From contig CM061246.1 of the NCBI GenBank assembly GCA_022605425.2, positions 1,488,001-1,552,000 of the forward strand: 64,000 bases of DNA, in the 5' to 3' direction. The stretch is from Hamiltosporidium tvaerminnensis FI-OER-3-3. Its lineage: Eukaryota > Fungi > Microsporidia. The notes beneath the pieces are model-generated. The model did not search any database. It worked only from the letters and a program-made list of their open reading frames with translations, and had not been told where the DNA came from. A program made the position numbers and the translations under genes. Below, piece by piece: positions 13,339 through 25,789 of the stretch (positions within the stretch are counted from its first letter, which is position 1; the number at the start of each line of letters is the position of its first letter).

Positions 13339-15145
13339 TGTAAATATTATCTTCTATATTCTACACACAAATTGTAAACAAACATTTATAAAAGATATAA
13401 TTGATAAAAAAATTTTACTTATTTACAGACAATATTTTGTTTTGTTATGATATTATCAGTATAAAAAGTCTATTATACTTCAAAAAATTACCGAAAAATT
13501 TAGAACAATTAAATGGATAATTTAGCAGGTTGATTAAACCAGAAATTTCTTTTACAAAAAAATTTTGATTGTGTAATTCGAAGAAGCTTATAAATAACAT
13601 TGGATAATATATTAAATATTTACAGACAGATAAAAATTTTTATTAAACAGGCAGAATAATAATTAAAATATAAAAAGTCACATATATTGAAATATAGTGG
13701 ATAAAAATTACATAATTTGCAGATTTATACTCTCATAAAAAAGCTGGTCAATCATAGTAGAAAGTTGTTGCTTTCAAAGAATAAGGAATGATGTTCGAAT
13801 AGCATAAAATTCGAGAAAAATCAAATTCTGTTTTTTAATAAATAAATCTTAATTCTTCTATATTTTCTATTAAAAAATTTGGTAAAAATACAATTTAGTT
13901 CAGATTATAACGATAAATATTTATTTACAGAAATATCCCATGGAAGATGAGAATTATGATAACGAGGTAGAAATCTCAACCGGTCCAATTTCAATCGAAG
14001 AACTTAAAAAAGAGGGTATTGCTGCTTCTGATATCGCAAAGCTAATTGAGGCGGGTTATAATACAGTTGAATCACTTGCTTTTACACCAAAAAAGACATT
14101 GATGAATGTGAAAGGATTTTCTGAAGTAAAGGCTGAGAAGCTGTTGAAGGAAGCAGCAAAACTTGTTCCCATGGGGTTTATGTCGGCGACAAAATTCCAT
14201 GAAAAGAGAGCAGAAGTAATTTATTTAACCACAGGATCATCTGAATTAGATAAATTGTTAAATGGTGGCATAGAATCCGGAGGAATAACTGAAATTTTTG
14301 GTGAATTTAGAACAGGAAAAACACAAATTTGTCATACAATTGCCGTCACGTGTCAACTTCCCACGGAAAGTGGTGGATCATCCGGTAAAGCCATGTATAT
14401 TGATACTGAAGGTACATTTAGGTCTGAAAGATTGGTTTCTATAGCCGCCAGATATAATTTAGATCCAGAACAGGTTTTAGAGAATGTTTCCTACGCACGT
14501 GCTTACAATTCAGATCATCAATCACAACTTCTAATTCAAGCTGCTGCAATGATGTCGGAATCAAACTATTCTGTTTTAATTGTAGATTCTGCGACTGCTC
14601 TTTATAGAACCGATTTCAGTGGTAGAGGCGAATTGGGAGCTCGACAAATTCATTTGGCTAGATTTCTTAGAATGCTTATGAGACTTGCTGATGAATTTGG
14701 GGTAGCTGTTGTAATAACCAATCAAGTAGTGTCGAGTGTTGATGGGGCAGCTGCGATGTTCAATGCAGATCCTAAAAAACCAGTAGGGGGAAATATCATG
14801 GCACACGCTAGTACGACAAGGCTATATTTGAGAAAAGGAAAAGGCGAAACACGTATTTGTAAAATCTATGATTCACCTTGTTTGCCAGAATCAGAGGCAG
14901 TTTTTGCAATAACAGAAAATGGAATCGCTGATCCACAAGAGTAAAAAAATCTTCTAAAAAAAGTTTTCAAAATATTTGAGATTAATTTCTATGAATTAGA
15001 AACCACCTTTATTAAAGATATTTTTAATTTGTCTAAATAATTTATTTGTAAATAGTTAAAAAATTTTTCAAGTCTCAATTTTTGGCAGTTATTTGATATT
15101 TCTTTTTTTTTAATTATCTTTTGGTTTACCAGTTTTTTTGTATTT
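13339..15145. repeat. Right arm of inverted segmental duplication
   Basis: Reverse complement of 1-1806. Confidence 0.95.
13940..14944 (+). CDS. RAD51: DNA recombinase Rad51 (copy 2)
   Basis: Protein identical to copy 1; two synonymous differences noticed (GGA/GGG, GAG/GAA). Confidence 0.98.
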   Translation: MEDENYDNEVEISTGPISIEELKKEGIAASDIAKLIEAGYNTVESLAFTPKKTLMNVKGFSEVKAEKLLKEAAKLVPMGFMSATKFHEKRAEVIYLTTGSSELDKLLNGGIESGGITEIFGEFRTGKTQICHTIAVTCQLPTESGGSSGKAMYIDTEGTFRSERLVSIAARYNLDPEQVLENVSYARAYNSDHQSQLLIQAAAMMSESNYSVLIVDSATALYRTDFSGRGELGARQIHLARFLRMLMRLADEFGVAVVITNQVVSSVDGAAAMFNADPKKPVGGNIMAHASTTRLYLRKGKGETRICKIYDSPCLPESEAVFAITENGIADPQE

Positions 15146-15191
15146 TTTTATTTCTAAAATATTTTTTTTAGAAAATAATTTCAGCCCAAAA

Positions 15192-15704
15192 ATGAATTTG
15201 AAAGGGGAAACTGACGAACAGACAGAATTAGAGAAAAAGATTTCTGAAATTATTGAAGTGAATTATTCAGACAAGTTAAAACCAGAACATAAACCTTTGC
15301 TTGATAAAATAAAACTTCAATTGGTTCCTTTGCAGAATAAAAATATTTTACTTATAAAAATCCCCGATCCAGTTCTATGTGCACTTAGAAAATTCTTCAC
15401 CAAATTTATAACAAAAATGCGAAAAATATTTTCTGCTTACATGATTTTCGTAGTAAGAAGAGCTGACAGTTATCTTACAGCAAAGAAAAAACCAAATAAA
15501 GAACTTATGGAGGATTTGATTTCTAATCTTTGTTATCCTTCTGTTATAAAAATGAGAACAACTGATGTCAATTTAGAAGGAAGATTGGAGAATGCAATTT
15601 TAGAAAGAAGATCTGATTTTACTGAAGATGATTTAGAAGGAATGTCTGCTGCATTTGAAACTCTAACTGAGAAAAAAATAAGGTATACGATCGGTAATTA
15701 TTAA
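15192..15704 (+). CDS. RPS7: 40S ribosomal protein S7 (eS7), divergent
   Basis: TELE, IKIPDP, LISNLCYPSVI..R, FETLTEKKI align by eye to eS7; ATG at 15192 preceded by CCC. Confidence 0.8.
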   Translation: MNLKGETDEQTELEKKISEIIEVNYSDKLKPEHKPLLDKIKLQLVPLQNKNILLIKIPDPVLCALRKFFTKFITKMRKIFSAYMIFVVRRADSYLTAKKKPNKELMEDLISNLCYPSVIKMRTTDVNLEGRLENAILERRSDFTEDDLEGMSAAFETLTEKKIRYTIGNY

Positions 15705-15749
15705 ATTTCTTTATTTTAATTTTTTTTTTTGGATTTTTTTAAATATCCC

Positions 15750-16055
15750 ATGTCTTTTGGTACTTTGCTTATTACAACAAATTCTGAACCAATTTATGTT
15801 AAAAATAAAGATGATATTAATATTTCACTAATAATCGACTTTGTTGATTCAATGATTAGTGTGGCAAATCAATTCTATGAAGATGAATTTTTTTATTCTG
15901 AGGGTGCGTGTGTTATTTCGTGTTTCCAATGTCCAGGAATAACAAAAATAATTTGGGTCGGTAATGAAAAAAAAGATCTTAAAAAAATATATGAAAGGTA
16001 TAGAATAGCAAAAATATATAACGATTTAGAGTTGTTAAATGAGATTGAATGTTGA
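15750..16055 (+). CDS. Small protein, possibly longin-fold (TRAPP Trs20/sedlin-like)
   Basis: CCC-ATG start, 101 aa, tight packing behind RPS7; product guess from size and residue pattern only. Confidence 0.45.
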   Translation: MSFGTLLITTNSEPIYVKNKDDINISLIIDFVDSMISVANQFYEDEFFYSEGACVISCFQCPGITKIIWVGNEKKDLKKIYERYRIAKIYNDLELLNEIEC

Positions 16056-19000
16056 TATATTCCAATTTTAATGTCTTGGATCGTAAAAATATTCTTTACT
16101 TCAATTTTGTAATAAAAAATCAATTTTAGTAAAAAAAATATAAACTGAGTTATATTTAACTGTCTTTAGAATTAAAAATATAAGATTTTATAAGAAATTT
16201 TAAAGTTTAAGAAGAATATTTTTTGTAGAATTGTTTTTAACAATGAATATACCAAATCTTAAAACTTTATATTTGATGCTGAGTCATTATAGGTTAAATC
16301 GTTTACATTATTTAAATTATTCTCGTTTAGTTATTTGTTCTTATAATTTTTCTCTTTTCCTGATTGAAATACAATTACAGGGCTTCTTTAGTATTTTAAT
16401 AAGTTTGTATGTGTTTAGATAGTATCTTTCTTCTAGATGTTCTGTGTGGTTTATAGATGTATAGTTTCACGGTATTTTAGAATTTCCTAAAATATTTTGT
16501 GTAATTTATTTTCTATAATCAAACTAAATTTTACTTGAGTTTAATTCTCTTTATCAATCAAAATAAACAATTTCGATGCTTTTTTGGTGTACACCACAGT
16601 GGTAAATAGTATATTATTACTTTATTTAAAGGTTTGATATATATCATTACATTTGATAATAAATACATCCGAATTACAATAAATTACGACTATCAAAACA
16701 ATTAATCTAGATAAAAGTTATTTTAATTTAAGAGTTCGTACTTTATCATTCTCTTTATTATTTGGAGAAAGTATTTTAAATGAATTCATATTTGTTCGAA
16801 TTTCTTTTATCTTATTAAAAAAAAACCAAATGTATAGATTACATTCGATTCCTTAGATTTTTTTGATGCACATTCTTAGTTCAGAATACTCACATTAACT
16901 AACTTCTGAAATGATGTGATTTTTAATTCTTTAAATAGAGCTAAGTTATTTAGATTTTATAAAAGTAAATTCGCCTATCAATTTCTAGTAAATTATTCGA
17001 TCTATAATCAAGTCAGAATATTTTGCAATAAAAATTTGCAAGATTCTCTAAAAATATGGAAGATTATTATGAGCCGGTACTCGGTAAGTTTATTTCTACC
17101 AAAATATATTTATGTATGAGATCTAACATTCTTTGTGCTCTGATATTCCATACTTTAAGATATATTTAGAGTATTCTATGCACCTCAGTTATTTTTTCTG
17201 GATTATACAATTCGAAGTGTCCTAATTCGTATTCTACTTTATAATGCGTATTTTATAGTTTAGCTAGAGGCTTTAGAATTTTTTTAATTGTAAATTTTTT
17301 TCATATTGAATTTTGAATTGTATTTATTTATGAGTAAAATTTAGGTTTGGTTTTCGCAATTCCAAATTTCTGTTTTTCTAGGTGTAAATTTGCTTAATTC
17401 ATTCTAAACAATAGAGTACTATAAAAACAATATATTACCTCTGGTATCCAGCACCTCGTAGAATTCTTATATTTTTTTAGATAGCTATAGATTTATTTGT
17501 TTTGTGGTTTTTTTTGTATTCTTTTATTTACTGAAATTTATTGCATCACATCAATTAGCTGCGAAAAATAAACTAGTTTTAGTTACAACTATTTCAAATA
17601 CAATAGTTATTTCATAATCTTGTGCGTTCATTAAATGCAAAAGTAAATTATATAATTATATTTAGAGGAAAAGATTTTTTTGAACTTAAAACCATTCTTT
17701 TACTTTTAATAACATGCTAGTGCCACCTTTTTTTGATATTTTCTACTTAGTATTTATAAGTATATATTTTCAAAAAATAGTTGTTAATTCCCACTAATAA
17801 CTTTTAGTTCATTTAGTTTGTGGAATTCTAACCGCATTTTATAAAGAAAACGGTGATTCCTGTATTATTTATACCATAGTAGTTTAATATTTCGTAAAAA
17901 ACCGAGATCTTATATAAAGGAAAGAAGTTGTAATCAAAAAAATCTGTAATCATATTTATTCAAAATTTTAGATTTCACATTGATCTTACCTGTCAAATTT
18001 CTAAAAATACAGAAAAAATCAAACTTTCAATTATTTCCTTATAATTTTTACTCTTCTTTTTTTATTCCAAATCCGATTTGTTTGTATTTTATATTAATTT
18101 TTGATTTGTATATCATTTGTTGTGAGTATCTAAATCAATGCATAAGATTCGAATTTCTAACTCTTTATTTCAAAAATAAATGATGAAATAATCATACAAT
18201 TTTTTACACTAAGTCGTAGCTATTATTTTAGTTGTTTTCATTTTATTAATTATGGTGAAATACAAAGATTTTGTTTTTCAATTATTCAATTGCCTCTTAG
18301 TGCTTCAAGTAGGTTTTTACGTTTTCTTAATGCTTTTAGTAGTTTTAAGAGTATCAAAACCTTTTTTCATCAATCGAATAACTTTTTTTTCCACAGTATT
18401 GTAAACCCAGAATATTTTGATATCTAAGTGAGTGGCTGTATTCAAAACATTGATGTAATTTTCTAAATTCAAGTGATAGAATATTCCAATGCCGAAAAAT
18501 AAGTGAAAAAAACAAACTCTAATGTATGTGAAGTGTTTCTATAAGGATGCATTATGATTTTTGCATCATAATGCTATTTATAAAAAGTTATATATTATAT
18601 AAATGAAATCAAGCTAAAGTAATTTATACAGATTCTTGGTTTAAAATTAAATTAATGATATCAAAAAATTCATTGTGTGAAGTAAATTGTAGTTTAGAAT
18701 CTCAGCTTAATAAATAAATTTGTTCTTATAGTACATCACTATCCAGTAAAGATAAATTTAAGCCAGAAAAAAAATTACAACTTTATCGCGGTTTTCTATT
18801 TTATTAGAGACAAACCTTTCAAATAACCAATCAATGATCAATTTTCTATTTCGAAATAAAAACATTAGAATGATTTTTTTTACCTTTATTACTTTAAATA
18901 TCTACGCTTTTCAGATTCATTACTTGACTACATAAAATAATATGGCGCCTTGTTATTAATAATGGCCTTATTTACTATAAACTTCTATATATAAAGATCG

Positions 19001-20329
19001 ACCGTTTTTCTTTTTCATTTATTTTTTCAAAGGCTACTGAGATCATTTTTAACATGATCAAGCCACTGATTTTTAGGGCAACTTAAACATCTTTGAACTT
19101 CGGGAAATGAACATGGATATATATTACCTTACTTTGCTTTTTGCCATCTTTTTAAGATGAATCGCCTTTCGATTTCTGGTCATTTTCACCTCGTTTATCT
19201 ATCCGCAATTTCAATATAATTTTTGGAGCTGAGGGTTATTAAAGATTTGCTAGAATCCTTTTTGGTTTCTTGTTGGTCTATTTATTCTCTATATGATATT
19301 TGGTTATCACATGCTCTGTATAACTTCATTGCGTTTTGTTCATAACCATGTTTCCACTTTAGCCCACTTTCACTGTATATATTCTTCGGATACATAAATG
19401 TGTTTATTTTATTTTGAAATTATACATGAAGAATAGGTTCGTAAGATGCATTTTTGAACCAAACGAGTTGTTATATCTATATACATACTTTCGAAAAGTA
19501 ATCTCTGGTAAATTTCAATCTCGAATTGTCAGTCAATGTTTTTCTCATAAATTTATATAGGCTCCTTGTATTTTTCATCATCACAATGTAATATACAGCT
19601 TCTATATGGAGAATAATTTATCTAGTTTTAAGGTATATAAAAATATGTATATCAACTCGCTACTAATAAAATCAGAAAACCTACATTACACGGTTAGAAC
19701 AAATTAATGTATATACATATATTTTTCTTTGTTTAAAATTTGTTATTTGATTGATAATACTAAAGCAAACACTCTAGAATTTATATACTCAATCACTTTT
19801 TCAAAAAAAATTATAAAAATTTATATTAAGAAAATATATACTCTATATTATTCCTTTGTCTTGTGTACCTTTTGCACTGTATTCAGTTCTAATATTTTTT
19901 CATATAGAACCTAATTGTAAATTTAAAATTAATATTGAGAAAAATAGAGATTTGTTTAATTATTTTTAAGCATTTAATATCTTTTGTAATTATCAAAAAC
20001 TCCGTGCATTTTTGTAATTTGGCGTTTCGGAGTAAAATAACAATGATTTAATAATTTGATCAAGAAACTTCTGGTTTTAAAAACTTAGACATATTGCATG
20101 TGTGAATATAATTATAAACCACATGAACTAATAATTGTCATTTAATTTTTAAAGACTTATGCTTGCATTTTTATATTATAAAGAAATGGAAATCGATATA
20201 CATGAGATCGCATGCCATTATATAAAAGCTCTTGTTCCCACTATTGTTTTTAAACTGCCATTTTTTATTGATTTATGTTTAAATTTTTCTTTATTTTTTG
20301 AACTATGAAAACTCTAATCTATATAAATA

Positions 20330-21274
20330 TAAATTTATTGTAATTATATCATCTTCCTTCTACATATTTATTTTTTGATTTAATTTGACAAAAACGGATA
20401 AACAAATTTACGAACCACAATAAATCATTTTTTATATATTTTTTTCTTATATTTATATTGTCCATAATAAAATGTGGAGGTTTGATGTATAATTGCATTA
20501 ATATATAACAGATATATGCAATCAATTCACAAATCTCCCTTTTTATCTGTAAAGAATATACAAGTGAATCAGTTGAAAAAACTTTTAACGTTCGAAAAAA
20601 AATTAAGTAGTACTCTATGTTGTAGATATTTCAAAAAAATTTCTCATTCGTTTTTTTTTCGAATAGACCCGCAATATTCATTCATTCATCTTTGGCACTA
20701 CAGCCTTGTGCGGGCCTTGGCCTCCCTTAGTAATACCGACCACCGGTCTTTTTCCAGTGGGTTTGTTTACTTATCGGGTTTTGTAACAATATAGTTTTAA
20801 AGGATGGGTTGTTAGCCTACGCCTATTCCCAAGATGAAAGAGCAGTCCCCTTTAGTCACCTCTTACGACAAGCAGATAGTACACCAAGCTAACTCTGCTA
20901 CCGGCATGGTGGGGAAATAATTTTGTATATTTATTCTAATTAAATCATCTTCCTTCTATCTATTTATTTTTTGATTATTTTGACAAAAAAGAATAAACAA
21001 ATTTACGAACCACAATAAATCACTTTTTTTATATTTTTTTCTTATATTTATATTGTCTAAAATAAAATAAGGAGGTTTGATGTATTATTGTATTAATACA
21101 TAAAAGATATATGCAACAAACACAACAAATCTCCCTTTTTATCTCGCAAGAACTATACAAGGGAATCAGTTGAATAAACTTTTAACTTTCGAAAAAAAAA
21201 TTAAGTAGTGCTCTATGTTGTAGATATTTCTAAAAAATTTATCATTCGCTTTTTATCGAATGGGTCCTCAATAT
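20330..21274. repeat. ~345-bp diverged direct duplication (20330-20677 and 20926-21274) flanking an RTE SINE
   Basis: ATCATCTTCCTTCTA...CGAACCACAATAAATCA...CAATAT present twice, colinear. Confidence 0.9.
20678..20914 (-). mobile_element. Bipartite RTE-derived SINE, copy 2
   Basis: Minus strand: CCCCACC...CTGCTTGTCGTAAGAGGTGACTAAAGGGG, GGCTAACAACCC, then GGAGGCCAAGGCCC..GGCTGTAGTGCC and a (TGAA)n tail, resembling RTE 5' and 3' termini. Confidence 0.82.
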
Positions 21275-21298
21275 GCCCGAAAAAAAATGAAATACGAA

Positions 21299-22006
21299 TT
21301 TAGTTGACAATTTCTATTCCTTCACACAGTGGCAGTGTTATATTGAATTCATAGCATTAACGCATTTCTAAGTTTGATCTAAATAATTGCTCCTCAAACA
21401 CTCCAGTACTTTTTCGATACCCACGTACCTAGGGCATTCATATAAAAGATGCGTAGAAGTTAATAAACAAGCAAAGCAGTTGGTTCGTGCTTGTTTATGT
21501 CTGTTGCATGGAGTGTGATCGCAGGTCTAAACATATTTCTGGGCTTCCATAAGAGTATGCAGCACACCCGCTTACTCTAGAAATTTTAAACCCAATAAAC
21601 TTCTAGCTCAGATATATCACAGAGACCGTCATAAAGTCTTTGAGACAGTGTAATGTCATACCAACAGGTATACTTTGTTGCATGGTTTTCATGGCCTTAA
21701 ATAGTTTGTTTCGGTTTCAAATATGCCAAATCTTCTAAACCGAGTCAGCAAGTCTAGTTTTCTATGCTTTCACATGTCGATTTCGTACGGGTTGCGGTCT
21801 GCAATTTTGTTACACAAAACTTCAAAATAGATTTGTGAAAAGGTTTGTTATTTCGTAGACCATATACTTCTCTTACGACCACCCATGGAATAACCAAAGC
21901 TGCTGTATGTTTTTATACCCATCAAAAATCAAAACAACGATTTCTTATATCAATTTTAGTCATTCATTGCCAGGCAGATGGTTTTTTAAGTTATCCTCTC
22001 TCCACC
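21299..22006 (-). mobile_element. ~730-bp structured retroposon, copy B (diverged)
   Basis: Reverse-complement homology to 47896-48625; candidate TSD TACGAA at 21293 and 22007. Confidence 0.85.
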
Positions 22007-22119
22007 TACGAAATAAGAATAAATATAGCAAATTAATATCTAACATATAAAGTGTGGTCAAATATATTGGCAAATGATTAGGTCTTTTTTTAAGTGAAGT
22101 GTTAGGATAATTTTCTTAG

Positions 22120-22520
22120 GGATGGTCTGGGGTGGTATTGAAACAAATACCACAGGCTTACCCTATAAGGCTTGAAATAAACATGAACGCAGTGGCATAC
22201 ATTCATTTGATTGTACACAAGAAGATGTTGAAATAGTTTCTTTTAATCGAAGGAGAGAGCTTGAGTCCAAATAAATGCGGAATAGAATTAAGAAAGCTTC
22301 GATGGGTTCATTTAATGAACGGAAATACATAAACAATCAAAAGCTTTTCAAACAGGCAAGTACTGAGGAAGATGATGGTATACACGTTAAATTAACAATA
22401 ATTATTCCTTCCTATTTGAAACAGAGAAGCCACGCTAAAGAAACTAATAATGAATATAAGCGAAGGATCGGATTTCGAAAGGTAAATTACATTCGCAAAG
22501 AGGCAGAAGAAAATTTATAA
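22120..22520 (+). mobile_element. 3' fragment of RLE non-LTR retrotransposon
   Basis: Degenerate match to 39845-40130 (WDGIVTKYH..AYIQSIV..SFDRRR). Confidence 0.7.
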
Positions 22521-22724
22521 AAGAGTCGAAAAATATTTTTAAAAGTATTTAATAAAATAAATCATGTATGCAAGCTTATGACTGACAATAAGAAGGTAAA
22601 TTCTTGATTATAAAGATATGTTAACTAAAAGATATTATTATGAGATATTTTGAAAAGGGTGTTAATAAGAATTTGGGGATTTAAATGTGTGTATTTTCAG
22701 AGTACTAGGTTAAAAAGTATCAAC

Positions 22725-23280
22725 AGCCAATGTCGATACACTTATGAAATAACAAGAGGTTTTTAACATCCAATGAATTCTTGAATTAGCCAGGTATTAC
22801 ACTCCACGTTTTAACCTTGAACATTGGTTAGTATCATTTTTCTTTGAAAGTTTTATTCATCACACCTTTTTAATCATAAGATACTCATAGTAACGAAATT
22901 ATGAAAAATCTAATTAAAGCCGCAATTATGAATTCTAAATTAAAGGCGGATAATATACTGTAATCCCATATTCTTAACGGTTAGGTTACATACTCCGTTT
23001 TGACTTAAACATTTATAGTATCCGTGCGAACCGATTTCGAAATGAAAATAGACAAAAAACAAGAGTATTTGCTGCAAATATGGGGAATTTATTTAGAGAA
23101 GCGGTTTTCTCACAAAGCCAACTCTATGTAGGTACTTCACGCGTAAGAAAAAGCTCCAATTTATTCGTATGCAATTCACAAAAAATCTAAGGAAACAAAA
23201 AATATTGTTTTAATTTTTTGTGTGTTTTTGATTTCCATTCTTATGAGATTATAATAACGCATGGCAGATAAGCTACTTAT
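22725..23280 (+). mobile_element. Helitron PIF1-helicase C-terminal remnant
   Basis: Degenerate EFLN..PG..LHVL, YPVRTDFEMKIDKKQ, AVFSQSQLYVGTSRV, TKNIV match Helitron FPVRLAFAMTINKSQG / FSHGQLYVACSRV / KTKNIVY. Confidence 0.75.
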
Positions 23281-23947
23281 TAAATATATTAATCTATTAA
23301 TGCTGGGGCCGTGTGGTTTTTTATTTAAACCTATAAATTTTCGGGAAAGAATTCCTAAGTTATCATAAAAAAATATCCTATAATACTAAACCAAAACAGT
23401 AGTAAAACCATTTCCGAGCCTATTTTTATGTTAATTTTCGGTTAAATTTTTTTAACGACTTTTCTTAGTAATTTAGATCTCAATGATTGTTAATTCATTT
23501 CATTATTTTTCGAAGATAAATATATTTTCGTCTATTCATTTAAAATTAAAATTTGTTTTTATTGTAATGTCTACTTAAATAAGTAATATTTTCTAGAATC
23601 AAAATAAACAATGTGATTCAAGTTGCTTTATGAATCCAAATTTGTATTATTAAGTAAAGACAAATACTGATATTAAAATTATTCTGGCATGTGGAGCCTT
23701 AAAAATAGAAAATCTTTCTCATTTATCAAAACATACGCTATTTGCTTCAAAAAAAGGTTGCCCGTGATAATGAACCATTCTAACCTGTTTCTTATTTTAC
23801 ATTGCTATTTTATGCAGTAGAGAAAAAACTTTATATATTTGGTTTGTTATTTGGTTTTTTTATGAGATTTCGAGAGTCTGAACCACTAACAGAATCTGAT
23901 TTTGCAACATTGGAATTTCGATTTCATTTTTATATTTCTTCGTATGG

Positions 23948-24642
23948 TTGTATGAGAATAATCACAAAAAATCGGCTTTTTGTCAATTATATAAGGAAAT
24001 CAATTTGAAAATTAAAGTTCGAAGTTTTATTGAAATGAAAACTATATTAACATTTATGTGGTTTCGTTGGAATTTTTATATAAATGAGATTATCAATAAA
24101 ATGGTCAAATATTTCTCTGGTCTTACTTCATTGTTTTATATGTCTATAGATTGGAAACAGCGATTTAAGTTGTAAGTAAATCTTGTGCAAAACCATGGAA
24201 ACCTGGCCTTGCTCACTTGGACTAGAAGACACGGTGCCTGGGTAATATAAAAACATTCCTTTTAAAACCCCAGGATTTGTTATTAGCAGATTATATCTTT
24301 TGACATGGCATTTTATAACTGAGTGGGCGTTTCTAAATTCTAAATAACGTACAGCCGAAAATTTATTGATTATTAAAGTGTAGATTTAGTCAAAATTCAG
24401 CGGATTCTGGAGTGCAAGATGTGGCTTTCATTGTTTTCACACCGCAAGCAATATACAGAAAGGAACTCTAAGGAACTAGACTAATCACCAAAAGATTATA
24501 CACAATTTTTAAATTAAAGCTTTGAATGTAAGTATCAAATAAATACCTAAGAGGTTTTAAAATCTGAAATCCACGCGACTCTTAAAAAGCGTTTATAACA
24601 CGAAAACAATATAACACATGCCATGTTTATAAATAAATAAAA
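23948..24642 (+). mobile_element. ~730-bp structured retroposon, copy F (old, highly diverged)
   Basis: CATGGAAACCTGGCCTTGCTCACTTGGACTAGAAGAC core and GAAAACAATATAACACATGCCA 3' end match the family; 5' boundary approximate. Confidence 0.7.
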
Positions 24643-25789
24643 TTTTGCTTATAGTTTGTTAATTAGGCTGTTGTTAATTTTTCTATTGCTTGTTATAAAC
24701 TATATTATCTTTTGCTTAGTGGCTTCATTATCGTTTTAGATCTATGTTTTGGCTTTTCTAGATATTATTTTTTCAAATATTTCTGATCAATTTAGGAACC
24801 GCAAAGTTGAGTAAATACATTAGTATGATACAAACAAAGATTGTTTTGGTATAATTTACAATTAGTCCGCATCAAACCTTTTTTATTAAAACTTTACGTA
24901 GCACCAATCTACCGTAATAAAATTCGTTATTTAAACTTGAAGTACTCTCGCATAAAGTCAAGCATTAATATAACATGTTAGTCGGTCACATACAATAGAT
25001 CTTTTATTCAATATGGTTATAAAAGGTCTTGGATTCTTGCTACTCGTTACGGTTGTACTTATTCAACCAAGCCGCACATATAATTTTCGTTGTTACGCAA
25101 TATTATTCCTACAATTTATAAATATTTCACACCAAAGGTTAAATTAGTGCACAAAAATACTTTAAATATATTTTCACTCTTTTTATTCATAAACAGATTT
25201 TGATTGAAGGAATTTCTTTCACATATTACTTCCTTTGTTTTTTGATCAGCCAACCGAGGTTCAAATCGCGAATGATAAAGCCACTTTTTTGATTTATAAA
25301 ACCTTTTATATCATAGTCTTTTTTTATAGCTTACCACAAGCCAACATGCCAATATATCCAAAAATCGACACCTTATTTAGTTTAAAGTATTTTCCTACGA
25401 TATTCATTCTTCAAGTTCATTTTCGCTATTTTCTTTAACTTCGCTGATATATCAACTTTCCATAATTATATGGTCGCTTTTATAATAAAACTATCAATCA
25501 AAACGAATTGTTTTTTTATATATTTTTATCGAACCAAAATTGCTTAATTTATAAATCATAGATTTTTATATGTATCGGCAGCTCCTTACAGCTGTAAATA
25601 TACTTATCTTTCTTAGAATACATATTAAAGTCTGAAGTTTAGTCTCTTGAATGTTTTTTGCTTCAACCAAGGCTATAACACGATTCAAAATAACTCTATA
25701 TTAGATTATATCTATATTTTTAGCATTGAATGATTTGAAATTAATATTTGTAATTGTAATCATGAAAAATTTATACCCCGAAAAAGGCA

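Noticed and set aside
16230-19920. Short 60-70 aa ORFs and faint LINE-like traces (16250-17500, 19050-19450)
   Set aside because: AT-rich chance ORFs; the similarity is too weak to support by eye
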